A DNA stretch of 64,000 bases from Dimorphilus gyrociliatus (lineage: Eukaryota > Animalia > Annelida). Positions 37,141 to 48,500 of the stretch are shown piece by piece (the first letter of the stretch is position 1; each line of letters opens with the position of its first letter). Made by a program: the position numbers and the translations under genes. The stretch is from positions 1,867,404 through 1,931,403 of the forward strand of contig CAJFCJ010000007.1 in the NCBI GenBank assembly GCA_904063045.1, given 5' to 3'. A model generated the notes under the pieces. That model had not been told where the DNA came from. It did not search any database and saw nothing but the letters and a program-made list of their open reading frames with translations.

Positions 37141-38305
37141 GGCGTTGATGTAGCACACGTCCGTAGAGAGCGATATTTCAGAATTTTGCTGGCAAAATTT
37201 ATAAATAGATAGCTGCATGAAAATTGAAGTATTAAAGATTGAGACTGAGTTAAGAAAATATTACTCTTACTAAATGGAGACTAGTTTTACGGGAATTTAT
37301 ACAAATTATTCTGGAATTCAAAACGTAAAAAATGTTACACGGTGATACCAGTTGAACTCGGTTACCGCTGACGTCACAGAAATGCAATAGTAACGGCATC
37401 TGTAGCTACATTACTTCTTCGCAAGTTTAAGCCTAGCACGTCATAGATGTTATATTTAAATGAATTAAAAAAGAAAACTAATGCCCAAAATTACATTAAA
37501 AGACCATTAAGGCCAAATAACAGAGTTTCAACAACTTTAACGATTTTTCAATAAAACAGAAAGTTTAAAGCGAAATATTGATAAGTTATTTTATCCGCTT
37601 GACTGCTCACGTCGTATTTCCGAAGAGGGATTATAAGCTTTAAGGACAGTATCGTGAGTTTGCATATATTTGACCTGTTCTTTTGGTTTCAGCGCGCTTG
37701 AACCGGAAATCGTATAGTTCGAGTTGACGACTCTCTGATTGGTCGAACGTTTTGGCCGCGATCGCATATGTTTGCAGTTTTCAGCTGCGTAAACCTCTAA
37801 AGCGGATAAACTCACCGACAGGTCTTGTATATACACCGGTACGTGTTTATGTATATATTTCCTAAATAGTTGGCAACAATTTCGAGAATGATAGGCGAAT
37901 CAATTTGGAAAAGTCGATTAAGCGATCTATCGTCTCGCAACAGTGACCAACTAAAATGTGTTGCATATTTCGGTGTCGAGCAGCGATATTGCAGTCATAA
38001 AAGTGTTTGCAGTTGATATGTGACAGTGTCAACGCTTTATTTGTTCAATGTCGCAATTGCTCGGTCGACTTGTATCTATAATGTACTGTGTATTGGTAAA
38101 TCTTTGCAATAGAAATTATTTGAAAACGAACAACTACTTTGTTAACAGAAGCGGATAGCCCAAGGCTACATCGCAACGAACATAGTAGCTGACTGTAACT
38201 CGACCATCTCCAACCCCGCAGAATAAAAAACGCAACTCCGTTATCTAAATGTCGATAAGACAAAGATAAAAGGATCGATCTAAAGATCAGTATAACTACG
38301 AAAAA

Positions 38306-39397
38306 ATGACAATAAACTCAAGCTCCTCGGAAGTTATGAGTGGATCTGAAATGTTGTGGGTGTGTTGTTCTCCCGCCATTTTAGTTTTTGGAATTTGTGG
38401 AAATTTATTAACCCTATTAGTAATGCTCAGATCGAGAATGTCGGGTAATTCAACTAGCGTGTTCCTACCTGTATTGGCAGTTGCCGATAGTGTAGCGCTA
38501 GTGTCCGGAATAATACCTGAGTGGTTGGAGATGGCTCATATAATAAAACTGAAAGGTCTACACCCTTGGAGCTGTCGAACAGAAAAAGTCATCTTCTATT
38601 CATCTATTGACGCTTCGATTTGGACATTATTAGCATTTACCATTGACAGATGGTTGGCAGTCGTTTTTCCATTAAAAAAAACGTCCTGGTGCACTGAGCG
38701 CAGAGCAAAAATTGCCGTTTTAGTCGTTATATGTTCATCAATTGGGTTAAACAGTCATGTTCTCTGGACTAGAGGAACTGTTCGCGGGCTTGATAGATTG
38801 AAGAATGAAACTTGGACCAACCACTGTGGAAAACCGGAACCATACGCATACTTTGAAAAGTTTATACGTCCCTGGATTGTGTTTGGACTAGCGAATGCTT
38901 TGCCAGTTTTATTAATATGTTTTTGCAACACAATGATTGTCAGCGCTCTGATTCGAATACCACGCCGAGATGGCGCAATGGGTGTTCGAGATCGTGATAA
39001 GGCTAACGTTCTACAAACCACTTTCATGTGCCTTAGTGCTTCTTTTTTGTTTCTCTTTTGCGTAACACCAAGTATAATCGTACTCATAGGGCGCCCATGG
39101 TGGGACGAACGTTATTGGTATGGAGTTGTGAAAGCGGTAGCAAACCTTCTAACTCACGTTAACCATTCTGTAAACTTTCTTCTCTATTGTGTCAGTGGAA
39201 GGCGCTTTCGAGAAGAGCTCATTTCAATGCTACGCGGAGAAGAATCACCCACTAGTTTAAAGGCTCTACGACGAGCGACAATTATGGCAAGCATGGCATA
39301 TAACAGGAGAGAAACTTTGGGTACATTGGGCACATTAAGCACATTGGGACGCTCTTTCTCCTCGAATAATTGTCTCGATAGAGTCTCATGTGTCTAG
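38306..39397 (+). CDS. Intronless rhodopsin-class neuropeptide GPCR (FMRFamide / sex-peptide receptor-like group)
   Basis: GICGNLLTLLVM, LAVADS, DRWLAV and TM7 NHSVNFLLYCVSGRRFREEL (the NFxxY variant typical of this group). Confidence 0.88.
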   Translation: MTINSSSSEVMSGSEMLWVCCSPAILVFGICGNLLTLLVMLRSRMSGNSTSVFLPVLAVADSVALVSGIIPEWLEMAHIIKLKGLHPWSCRTEKVIFYSSIDASIWTLLAFTIDRWLAVVFPLKKTSWCTERRAKIAVLVVICSSIGLNSHVLWTRGTVRGLDRLKNETWTNHCGKPEPYAYFEKFIRPWIVFGLANALPVLLICFCNTMIVSALIRIPRRDGAMGVRDRDKANVLQTTFMCLSASFLFLFCVTPSIIVLIGRPWWDERYWYGVVKAVANLLTHVNHSVNFLLYCVSGRRFREELISMLRGEESPTSLKALRRATIMASMAYNRRETLGTLGTLSTLGRSFSSNNCLDRVSCV

Positions 39398-41677
39398 TCA
39401 TCAATGAAATAATTGTCAATCTTACAAATTCTAGTCCTCTTTGTTGTATAGTTTATAAACGGAATCAATATGTATATATTATGAAACAATTGAATGGTCG
39501 GTCATTCAATATATTCAGTTGCTCTGGCAAACTTTTCTCCAATGGTATCTGACTAGTGGAGGTATGTTACGTATGCGGAACTTGGTAAATGTGGGCGTAT
39601 TCATTTTCTTTACAGAGTTTCCGTAAGACTATGTTTCCCACAGATGGCGTCAAATTACTAGCTCTTTAGATAGGATTGATAGAGACCTAGCTCTCTTATT
39701 GATAGTAGGTCCATCTGCTTCAAAGTATCTATTTTCACTTTCCTATTGAAAAAGTACAGGCTAAAATGTAATTAGAGGCTTAGATAAAGCCTATCGTTCC
39801 AAAAGTAGCAACTATATAAACTGTTAGAACTGGTAATATTCGAATTAATCTAATATAATGAAAAAAGTTACGAGGGAAAATAAAGGATGACATCATAAAA
39901 ATTACAACTATTATATCTGACGGTTCCAATACATGCCCTGAGGGATTTTTTATTAAAGAAGACTGATGAATGGATAATTTTCGACAATTGTGATGAATCC
40001 CTGTCCAGTCATCATTTTTACACGTCCCTTTCCATGAGTAAGCCAAAGTCCGATCATTACATAAAAAATAACTGTACTTGAATTTTGCTTATTTAGGCAA
40101 TTGTCACAGGGGATGAAAAGAATTTAGAATTTCCATACACATTTTAAAATAGTTTTTAAAGACAATGTAAGAACGAACCCATTCTAAAAAAATTTGAATA
40201 CACGTCAATGATGTAGGGTTCTTTATGACAAAAATAACGATAGAAGTAAAGATTTTATTAATCGACAACGATCTCTATTGACACCTAAATAGAGTTTTTT
40301 CCCTCGTCTCTGCATTTGCAGTACACAGAAAAAGAATTACAGTCAATATTAACAATATCATAATCTGTAAAGGCAATTATTCTCACTGTTCATGTCCTTG
40401 TTAGTTTCATTTGAAGGCGATAGCCTAAAAAGTATTTATTGGATAAACTGTAGCTTACTTCAAATGTTGGTGAAGTCTGATAAAGCATATGATTTTCATT
40501 TCGAATTTTCCTTGCTTCCCTTTGAAATAATATTATTGATATTATATGTCCAAATATTCAGATGGACATGTATGAAGCACTGAACATTAATGCTTTCCGC
40601 ACTAATTACTATAATCAATACGTTTTATACTCGATTATTTAATATTTGATAAAATTTTATAGTAGTAACTAAAATTAGAAATAAAATCTAGTAAATAATT
40701 GTAAGATGCACTGGAATATGCCATAAAAAGTCCTCGAGACATTTTTTTCTATCTAAACTAATTGTTTGGGTATCCTTTCGTTTTAGTCAGGCTTTCTTTC
40801 GACTTTCTCTGCCTGTTCAACTGCTCTCTAGAAATTCTATGACATTTACGTGGTATCCAATTTTTCCATGATCTTCTTGGAAAATGTAATTTGTTAAATT
40901 CAACCAAACTGAGTTTTATGTGTAATTATTACAATTTTAACTCCACTCATTTTATGTCCATTTGTCCTTTATCCACTGAAAATTATTCTCTAAATAGCTA
41001 AATGCAAAACCGGTCAGTTACCTTTATAAGAGACACTTTCATTAGTATGTTGCAAGGCTTTATCGTTCATAGGTATGACATGCATGGCTATTAATGTTTA
41101 CGTGTGCTAAAATATGCATGAACAGTGGCTCAACAAATTATTTATAGCCATAAACGAGTGCATCACACGATATGAAAAATAAATAAAAGTGGTCAACATT
41201 AGTTGAAAATTTTTTATTCAGTATTTAATTCAACTGTTAACATTGTAAAGTTAACTTACCAAACACAATTGAAAGCATAGAAGTAAAAGAACATAAATAC
41301 TATATAGAAACAATTTTTTGACATAAACTGTTTCCTATGAAGAGCCTATGATTGGATCAGAGCCATCTAACGATTAGAGACAATGACGCCATCTCAAGTG
41401 AAAAACAATTACTGTATTTTAAACTCTCAACGAAACAATAGAAACGCGAGTATACTTTATGGGTACAAATGATATTGCCTATAACATTTCGTTAATTGTT
41501 ACTGAAATGAGTTATATATGCAACACAAAATCACAGACTAGGCGTGGGTCAGAACATAAAAAATTACGAAAATTTGATGCGCCAAGTCGAGCTCGCTCAT
41601 TTTGAGCTGTCATATCATTTCGCAAGTTTTTGGAAAGAGATTGCTAAAAAATGAGTTGGGAGAATAATCTCATAACA

Positions 41678-43199
41678 TTAGACGATGTGAAGAGGGCAAT
41701 GGAAGTTTGCTCTTTGACCATCACGTTGACCATTAGCCGACGGTCTAAGATATTGTAAAACTTTCCAGCTAAATGTAACTATGATAATAGCTACAAGACC
41801 ATCTAATAAATAATGATGAATTGAGTACATGCTTGCCCAGATAATCCATACAATGTATATCAGGAAATAGTTGCCTCCTGGAGGTCCAGTTAAATATACG
41901 GCAAAGGGCCAAGCAACGTGACCTGACGGAAACGATCCAAATATACAAGGATTACCACTATACATATTATGAAAGAGATGAGCGTGAAAGAGTTTATCAA
42001 CGCGGGCGAAAGCAGCTCCTTCACTAGGTTTAGCTGCAGCAACTGCGCTTCGTAAGTCTACGTCATTTCCGAGAGAGTCTACAAACCATGGAGGAGCTGT
42101 CGGCATGCATAACCAAACGACCATATGTAGCCACATAACTAGTGCAAGCAACTGTAAAAATCTTCCTGCATTTTCTGGCCGATTCGTGAGAAAGGCATAT
42201 ATCGGATAGAGAACAGGCCAAGCGTAATGTAATAAATAAGGAAGAGCTGCTAAGACATCTAATACAGAACAGTGTAAACTAGATACAATTCGATGAGGTT
42301 GAACAGTAAAAATCGCTTCTTCAATTCGGCTAATGGTGAAAACGTAAACGTCATCATCAGTTATTCCTAGAAAATGACGAAGTTTCACAAAATTTCCATA
42401 TACTGTCAGAAAAAGAAGAAAAGGCAAAGCTGACAAAGCCGTATTAACAAGGTAGGCTGATGGCCGGGATGAATCCTGACGAATAGGCCGGGAACATACT
42501 TTTCTCACTGCCCACTTGAGTCCTGCACATGCTTGCCAAATAACCAAACGTTTAAGACCTTCAACTGGGGATGCAGGCCGATTTTTATTGCTCTCAGTTT
42601 CCACTATAGAAGGCCGAGCAGCAGGCCAAGAAGCGGATCTAGAATGCCCGCTTATAACGTGTCCGGCAGCTTTTCCATATCTGGAGAGATAAATACATAA
42701 ATAAAAGAACTGGTTGAATTTAGTTTAGGGTTAATAGCGGTCAAGAAAACAAATTTATGTTTTAGCAACAGCAATGTTTGAACAATAGTCTGGATTTACA
42801 ACGCACCCTATCGTTTTTTCAAGAAATTATTGTATTGATTAGGATTTATTATAGGAAAAACAGGGTTAGCAACCGCTTATAGTTAACTCTGTTATCTAGA
42901 ACATTAAAGGCAAATTTAATTTAAGAATCACGTTTGGGTATACAAATAAACGTAAAAGATATAATGATTAATAGCATGACTGTCATTAAAAATAAATTAA
43001 ATTACTCATTTTACTAACGGGCAATAAAAATATCTCTCTTATCGATATTCGGCGTTATCTTTAGAGCAAAACGATACAGGGGTCAAAAGCGGCAGAAATC
43101 AAATGAGAACATCTAGGACAATACTTACGTTGATTGACCACCGTACTTAGATTCAAACACGGTACGTTGATCCAAAGGATCTCCCTCAATCTCCTCCAT
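41678..43199 (-). CDS. Aur1/Ipt1-type inositol phosphorylceramide synthase homologue (PAP2_3 family); exons 43129-43199 and 41678-42680
   Basis: LDVLAALPYLLHY, PTAPPWF, FARVDKLF, IFGSFPSGH and MYSIHHYLLD parallel the yeast Aur1 motifs (LDILAWLPY, PAAPPWY, LARIDKLL, FGAFPSLH, HHYFVD). Exon 1 MEEIEGDPLDQRTVFESKYGGQST joins in phase 2. Confidence 0.85.
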
Positions 43200-43958
43200 G
43201 GAGAACACGCCCATTAAGCAGTGGGCCTTTTAGCCGATATAAATTCAATTCTTAATTTCGTAATTCTTCAATATATTCTATGTTCCTTCTACTATCCTTT
43301 TTATTAGGTCTAAAAGATAAATATACACTATTGAGCGCGAAAGTATGCCGATACAATTCGCTGGTAAATCATATCGGCTTGGTACTCAATGGCTCAATGG
43401 CCGCCGTATTTATTTCGGCATGAAGCGACCTCTTTTGGTAGGATATGTCAGTATATTTTAGAGGCGCGCAATTCAAATTGTTCTCAATAGCAAATATTTT
43501 GTTAAATACAATAGTCAATAAACAATTGTATTATAATCTTGAGCGATATGAAAGATAGCTCTTTCGAATACCAGAATCTTTAATTAATTCTAGACGGTAT
43601 TTAATTTTTTTCCCATTATTACAGATTCCTATTTTCGGTTCATTAATTTAGAAAAACAATCTTAACCCGGATTGAAGGTTTACCGAAAACAAAGTTGAAC
43701 TAATTAGTTATATACGTAAATCGTTGCTTACATTTGAGAAGAAAAATCTATATGGTGGTTATCGCACAAAACAACTATATGAACTGATGACTCAGATACA
43801 CGCTGGAAGGACGTTTTATACAATGTGTATTAAACTTATAGCATATGATTAAAACTTTCATATATGCTTATAGTGATTTATAGCACAATAATAAACAAAA
43901 ATATATACAATAAAAACAAATAACAAAATCTACAGTCGTTCTCTAAAATTGTTTGTAG

Positions 43959-44564
43959 TTATGATTTCTTCAAACATTTTAGCAAATCTACTCCTTCCTT
44001 TGCTCTGTCTGGTATAAACGTTTGTAGAAGCTGCTTTAGTATTTTATTTTCATGACTCTGTTCTGCCAATTGACTCTTCAAGTTAGAATTTTCCTCTCGT
44101 AAAATATGTAAAGTTTTTTCAGTTTCTGCCTGTCTTTCCTTTGCCTTTTCACGGCATTTTCTGACAGATTCATTATTTTTTTGGCGTTTCTTCATGTATT
44201 CAAATGATCCTTTTTCCTCTCTCTTCCTCTTTGGAACTCTACCTTTACCTCTTCTAGTTAATGGCTCATTTGCTATTTCAGCTGAATCAGCTGGTTCTAT
44301 TTCAACTTTTACTAAAGGAGCTTCAATAATTCGACTATCCGGTTGTTTGAAATCAATACACATATCTTCATCAATCAATACATTATCAAATGATATTTCA
44401 TCAATGTTGGTGGTTGGAGTTAAATATTCCGAAACATTTACTGTTCCTTCCGTACTAGCTTCAATATTATTTAATCCAATTTCACTGGTCATAGGAGTTG
44501 GTGAAGTTGGACCAATATCGGAATCTATCTTCGCCATTGAATCGTAACTCTGAAAATATTCCAT
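43959..44564 (-). CDS. C/EBP-family bZIP factor (alpha/beta/delta-type, divergent), intronless
   Basis: KGSFEYMKKRQKNNESVRKCREKAKERQ basic region followed by a leucine zipper; acidic N-terminus with DEDMCIDF. Confidence 0.8.
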   Translation of the reverse strand: MEYFQSYDSMAKIDSDIGPTSPTPMTSEIGLNNIEASTEGTVNVSEYLTPTTNIDEISFDNVLIDEDMCIDFKQPDSRIIEAPLVKVEIEPADSAEIANEPLTRRGKGRVPKRKREEKGSFEYMKKRQKNNESVRKCREKAKERQAETEKTLHILREENSNLKSQLAEQSHENKILKQLLQTFIPDRAKEGVDLLKCLKKS

Positions 44565-44925
44565 GTTATCTGAGCGATAGTGCCTTCGAGTGTGAACTAC
44601 AATATCGTATATGGCCTTTAAAACTAGAAAAAAGTCCCAGATTTCTACGCAACAAGTTTTGAAAAGTTGGACAACATCTAGAACAATACTTAATATATTC
44701 CCTTGAGTACTTATAATTTCTTAAAGTCTATCTTAAAAGTGAACTATCAACACTCATAGATGTGCCAAATCTTAATTACTGTTTAATTTTAAGCAGAGAC
44801 AAACTTGGAACTATTTTATGATGTCACTTTTGCAACTGCTGATTGGTTAACCAAAAAACTCTCCGCTGGGCGGGCCCGGACAAGTGTTGAGGGAACAGGT
44901 ATCCACCCTGTTAATCTTTCTAAAA

Positions 44926-44935
44926 ATTGTGCAAT
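44926..44935. promoter_or_regulatory. C/EBP site ATTGTGCAAT
   Basis: Near-perfect match to the ATTGCGCAAT consensus, between the two C/EBP genes. Confidence 0.5.
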
Positions 44936-45421
44936 TCGGATATTTATAGGCCTACATTCAAGAAACGCTATTTAATTTGTAAAAAAATTTTAATTTTGTT
45001 TCCTCTTATTAGTCTTTTCTTATATGCTTTAAAGAAAAGTTTTTATTAATACGCCGCCATATTGATGACGAAACAGACGTATGACGAAAGATTGAGCTTA
45101 GGAATTCTAGACTTTTTAACCTTTTCTCCGTAGTTTATTGCAGCTATTTCTGAGGTAACTTAAGTCATTTTTTTCTGTTGAATCAATTGATATTAATGAA
45201 AGTTTTAAAAAATAATTTCTTATATCGATTTCGGCGAATGTTTCCCGCGTATGCTAAGTAGGTCAAAAATATGGCGATGCTTTACCTGATTTTGGCAGCA
45301 AAAATGTCCTTAATGTATAATCTAATCCAATAAAATTGTTAATTTAAACTTTTTCGGCTTGATATCGAAGTGAAGAGAGTAAAGTCTGTCGATTGCAGTG
45401 ATCTGATCGTAAAATATATAT

Positions 45422-45431
45422 ATTGCGCAAC
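45422..45431. promoter_or_regulatory. C/EBP site ATTGCGCAAC
   Basis: TTGCGCAA core about 80 nt upstream of the CEBPG ATG, inside a probable 5'UTR intron. Confidence 0.5.
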
Positions 45432-45511
45432 ATTTTGAAAAGCAGAGATGTCGCAATAATGTTATTTCACTTTTTATTTCGTAGAAAGATCGTAACTTCA
45501 TCACTATTTAT

Positions 45512-45838
45512 ATGGCACCAATGAAGAAAGCGGCAGCTGGATTAGCCTCTCCGGATAAAGAGAGCAACGAATACAAAATGAAAAGAGAGCGAAACAACAT
45601 AGCAGTAAGAAAGAGTCGAATGAAAAGTCGAATGAAACAGAAAGAAACTAATCTTCGTGTTGAAGAATTAAAGAAAGAAAATGAAGAATTGGAAGAGAGA
45701 ATTAAATTATTATCTAAAGAACTTGGAGTTCTAAAGGATTTATTTTTGGCCTACGCAGGAAATAATGTTTCAGCGGTTGATGAAGCTAAAAATATTGTTA
45801 GGAACGATCATGAATATTCGGCTCCGGTCAAACGTTAA
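45512..45838 (+). CDS. CEBPG: C/EBP gamma, CDS intronless
   Basis: Short protein without an activation domain: DKESNEYKMKRERNNIAVRKSRMKS...LSKELGVLKDLFL. Confidence 0.92.
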   Translation: MAPMKKAAAGLASPDKESNEYKMKRERNNIAVRKSRMKSRMKQKETNLRVEELKKENEELEERIKLLSKELGVLKDLFLAYAGNNVSAVDEAKNIVRNDHEYSAPVKR

Positions 45839-46028
45839 TATATTACTATTATTTAACATTCAATCGAATTTTTTCAGCTTGTATTTCGTTTTTTATTGTA
45901 TGACATAAAACTTCTTAAAAACTCTCTATCTTAATCTTTTTGTTCGACGTCCATCAGCAGAATTGTTTGCCATTTAAACGTCAAGTTTCTAATGTACGAT
46001 ACAAAAATCGACATTTATTATCAGAATA

Positions 46029-46599
46029 TCAGTATTTGTTAATACCAAATATTCTAACACCATGTAACATAGGCAATTTCGGTACCAATACCGTCAACAA
46101 AGATATGATATTGATAAAAAAATGAGTCCTATCGTATTTTGTATAGAAACTAGCCAAAATGAATCTGAAAAACGTCACATAATAAAAGATCTGCCACAAT
46201 ATATGAAATTTTGACTTACAATACGACTGGAGTTATAGTTAAAAATTTCTTTGAAGCTGAAAATTGCTCGCCATAGTCCATTTGTTCCCAGACAGTAAAG
46301 TATCTCGACTTTCCTTGATCAGTCGTTTCGAAAGGGGTTCCTTTTTCGATATGAAGGATGACCAACATAATCTGATCAAAAACAGTTATAATCATCTTTC
46401 GATTTTTGATGTCCTTGGTACTTACAATATTATGGAGTGTATGTGTTAACGTCCATGCCATTGCTACGCTAAGGAATGGTAAGCTGAGCAGAACATAGTG
46501 TAATATTGCTACAATAATAATATACGTTATCCACATCCCCCTACTATTAAAATAGACGGCATTTGGATTTTCCGGACCGCCGCTTGTACCGGGCTGCAT
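46029..46599 (-). CDS. ORMDL: ORMDL sphingolipid-synthesis regulator, 3 exons
   Basis: [38 protein letters not shown] and [17 protein letters not shown]. Confidence 0.97.
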
Positions 46600-47132
46600 G
46601 TTTGTTATAAAGAGTCAACAAAGCTAACAGAAATAACAGTAAGTTTTATTTCGCCTATCTCAAATCACCAAACTAATGACATCATCCGGTACCCCTAAAA
46701 GCTGAACCGAAGCCCCTATTGTTATTTTTCATGAGTAACGGTATATTATTTAGCATAGGAGGCTTCAAAAAATTTTTATGTTTTATAGTAACAGTGTTCT
46801 AAACATGAAAATAATTACACTATATTCTCAAAAGTTAGCGCTTAGCGTAAATAATTTTTATCTAATAAATTGAAACAGTTTTTATGTTTAAAAAATATAT
46901 AAAATTTATTACTCTAATATTAAAAAAGCAAGTGTTTATAGTTTTGTTCTCAAGGACACAAAAATGATAATACTAAATTTTATAAATTGAAGTTTTTCTG
47001 GTGAACACAAATTCAGCCAAATTTAGGAATAACCCCTCAAAAGTGATATATATTTTCATTTCCGTTTCCGTTACCAGCAATTTTCAAACGTTGACCCGCC
47101 TGAAGACTTACTTTCAGACTACCTTTAAAGAA

Positions 47133-48401
47133 ATGGAAAAAAATGATAGCAACATGTGTGACTGTCACTCTTCAGTGTGTATGGAGAATAGATTCATGGA
47201 GAATAAAAATATTTTACATATTGAGGTTTTTCAAAAACTAAAAAGTCTCGCTTCAGAAGACTACATCGAAGATTTAGTTAACGACTATCTTGATAACCAA
47301 TGCTCAAAAGAATTTGTAGGAAATACTATTGACTCTTTTGACTCATGTCCAGTTTTGAAAGATGAAATTGAGAAAATTTCTTTCGAAGGTCATGTTTTCG
47401 GAAGCAGAAAAACCTATATCTATTCTTGTCAAACTGAAGATCCTTACTGTGAAGAAATAGAAGAAGGTATCGTTGGAACAACTCTTTATACACTACCATC
47501 AGTTCAGTTTGACAATTTATGGGATAATTTAATATTTGACAGTGATGTCAAGCAAAAGTTACTGGATATGGCAGCTACAACCATTGTTTTGGCAGATAAG
47601 GGAGTCGACTCTAACGTTGTTACGTGTAATCGAATGTTACTTTTGCATGGACCTCCAGGAACAGGGAAAACATCTCTTTGTAAAGCTTTAGCAAATAAGC
47701 TATCAATAAGGCTTAAAAAAAGATTCACTAGTGCTGAACTCTTAGAGATAAATAGCCATAGCTTATTCTCGAAGTGGTTTAGTGAAAGCGGGAAATTGAT
47801 ATCTAAAACTTTTGCACGTTTGCACGAAATAGCGGCTCTCGATTCACAAACATTGTTAATAGTTTTAATTGATGAAGTAGAAAGTCTTGCGATGATGAGG
47901 CAAGCCTCTTCAAATGACCCTGGCGATTCAATTAGAGCGGTTAATGCACTTTTAACACAACTCGACCAACTTCGTCGTCATCGCAATGTTTTGGTCCTCG
48001 CAACTTCGAATGTAACGAAATGTATAGACGAAGCATTTGCAGACCGAGCAGATATGAAAATATTTATTGATAACCCAAGTCCTGCATCAGCCTACAATAT
48101 ATTATGTTCTTCAGTTGAGGAGCTGATTCGTTGTCGAATATTGGCCTTGCCTAATATAAAATATAAGAGATTCAATTGGTTTGAATCTTGTAATAAAGAT
48201 ACTCCTAAGTATGCACAGATGATTCATAGAATTGCTCACTGTTGTCAGGGACTCAGTGGAAGAACGCTAAGGAAGCTTCCTATCATTGCACTATCAAAAT
48301 CTCGCGACGAAATTCAAGATGCATCTTTAAAGATTGATGACTTTCTCGACGAACTTTTACAAACAGTCTATTTAAAAAAGAAAGAAAATGAAAAGTTCTA
48401 G
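47133..48401 (+). CDS. TRIP13: Pachytene checkpoint AAA+ ATPase TRIP13/PCH2, intronless
   Basis: NRMLLLHGPPGTGKTSLCKALA, INSHSLFSKWFSESGKL, LIDEVESL, DSIRAVNALLTQLDQ and GLSGRTLRKLP. Confidence 0.96.
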   Translation: MEKNDSNMCDCHSSVCMENRFMENKNILHIEVFQKLKSLASEDYIEDLVNDYLDNQCSKEFVGNTIDSFDSCPVLKDEIEKISFEGHVFGSRKTYIYSCQTEDPYCEEIEEGIVGTTLYTLPSVQFDNLWDNLIFDSDVKQKLLDMAATTIVLADKGVDSNVVTCNRMLLLHGPPGTGKTSLCKALANKLSIRLKKRFTSAELLEINSHSLFSKWFSESGKLISKTFARLHEIAALDSQTLLIVLIDEVESLAMMRQASSNDPGDSIRAVNALLTQLDQLRRHRNVLVLATSNVTKCIDEAFADRADMKIFIDNPSPASAYNILCSSVEELIRCRILALPNIKYKRFNWFESCNKDTPKYAQMIHRIAHCCQGLSGRTLRKLPIIALSKSRDEIQDASLKIDDFLDELLQTVYLKKKENEKF

Positions 48402-48500
48402 TTGAAAAATAGAAGCAATGTAAACGACAAATTTATTTTATTTAAACTTTCTACTCTCGAGTTGAACGTATTTGCATAACTCGTTTATACGACCAGTTTT

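Noticed and set aside
37591-37836. 81-aa minus-strand ORF
   Set aside because: No recognisable motif; more simply explained by locally higher GC regulatory DNA.
39780-40046. 88-aa minus-strand ORF with a hydrophobic C-terminus, and a plus-strand exon-like stretch ending in gtaagc
   Set aside because: Non-ATG start, no homologous motif and no matching acceptor; cannot be supported as a gene or pseudogene.
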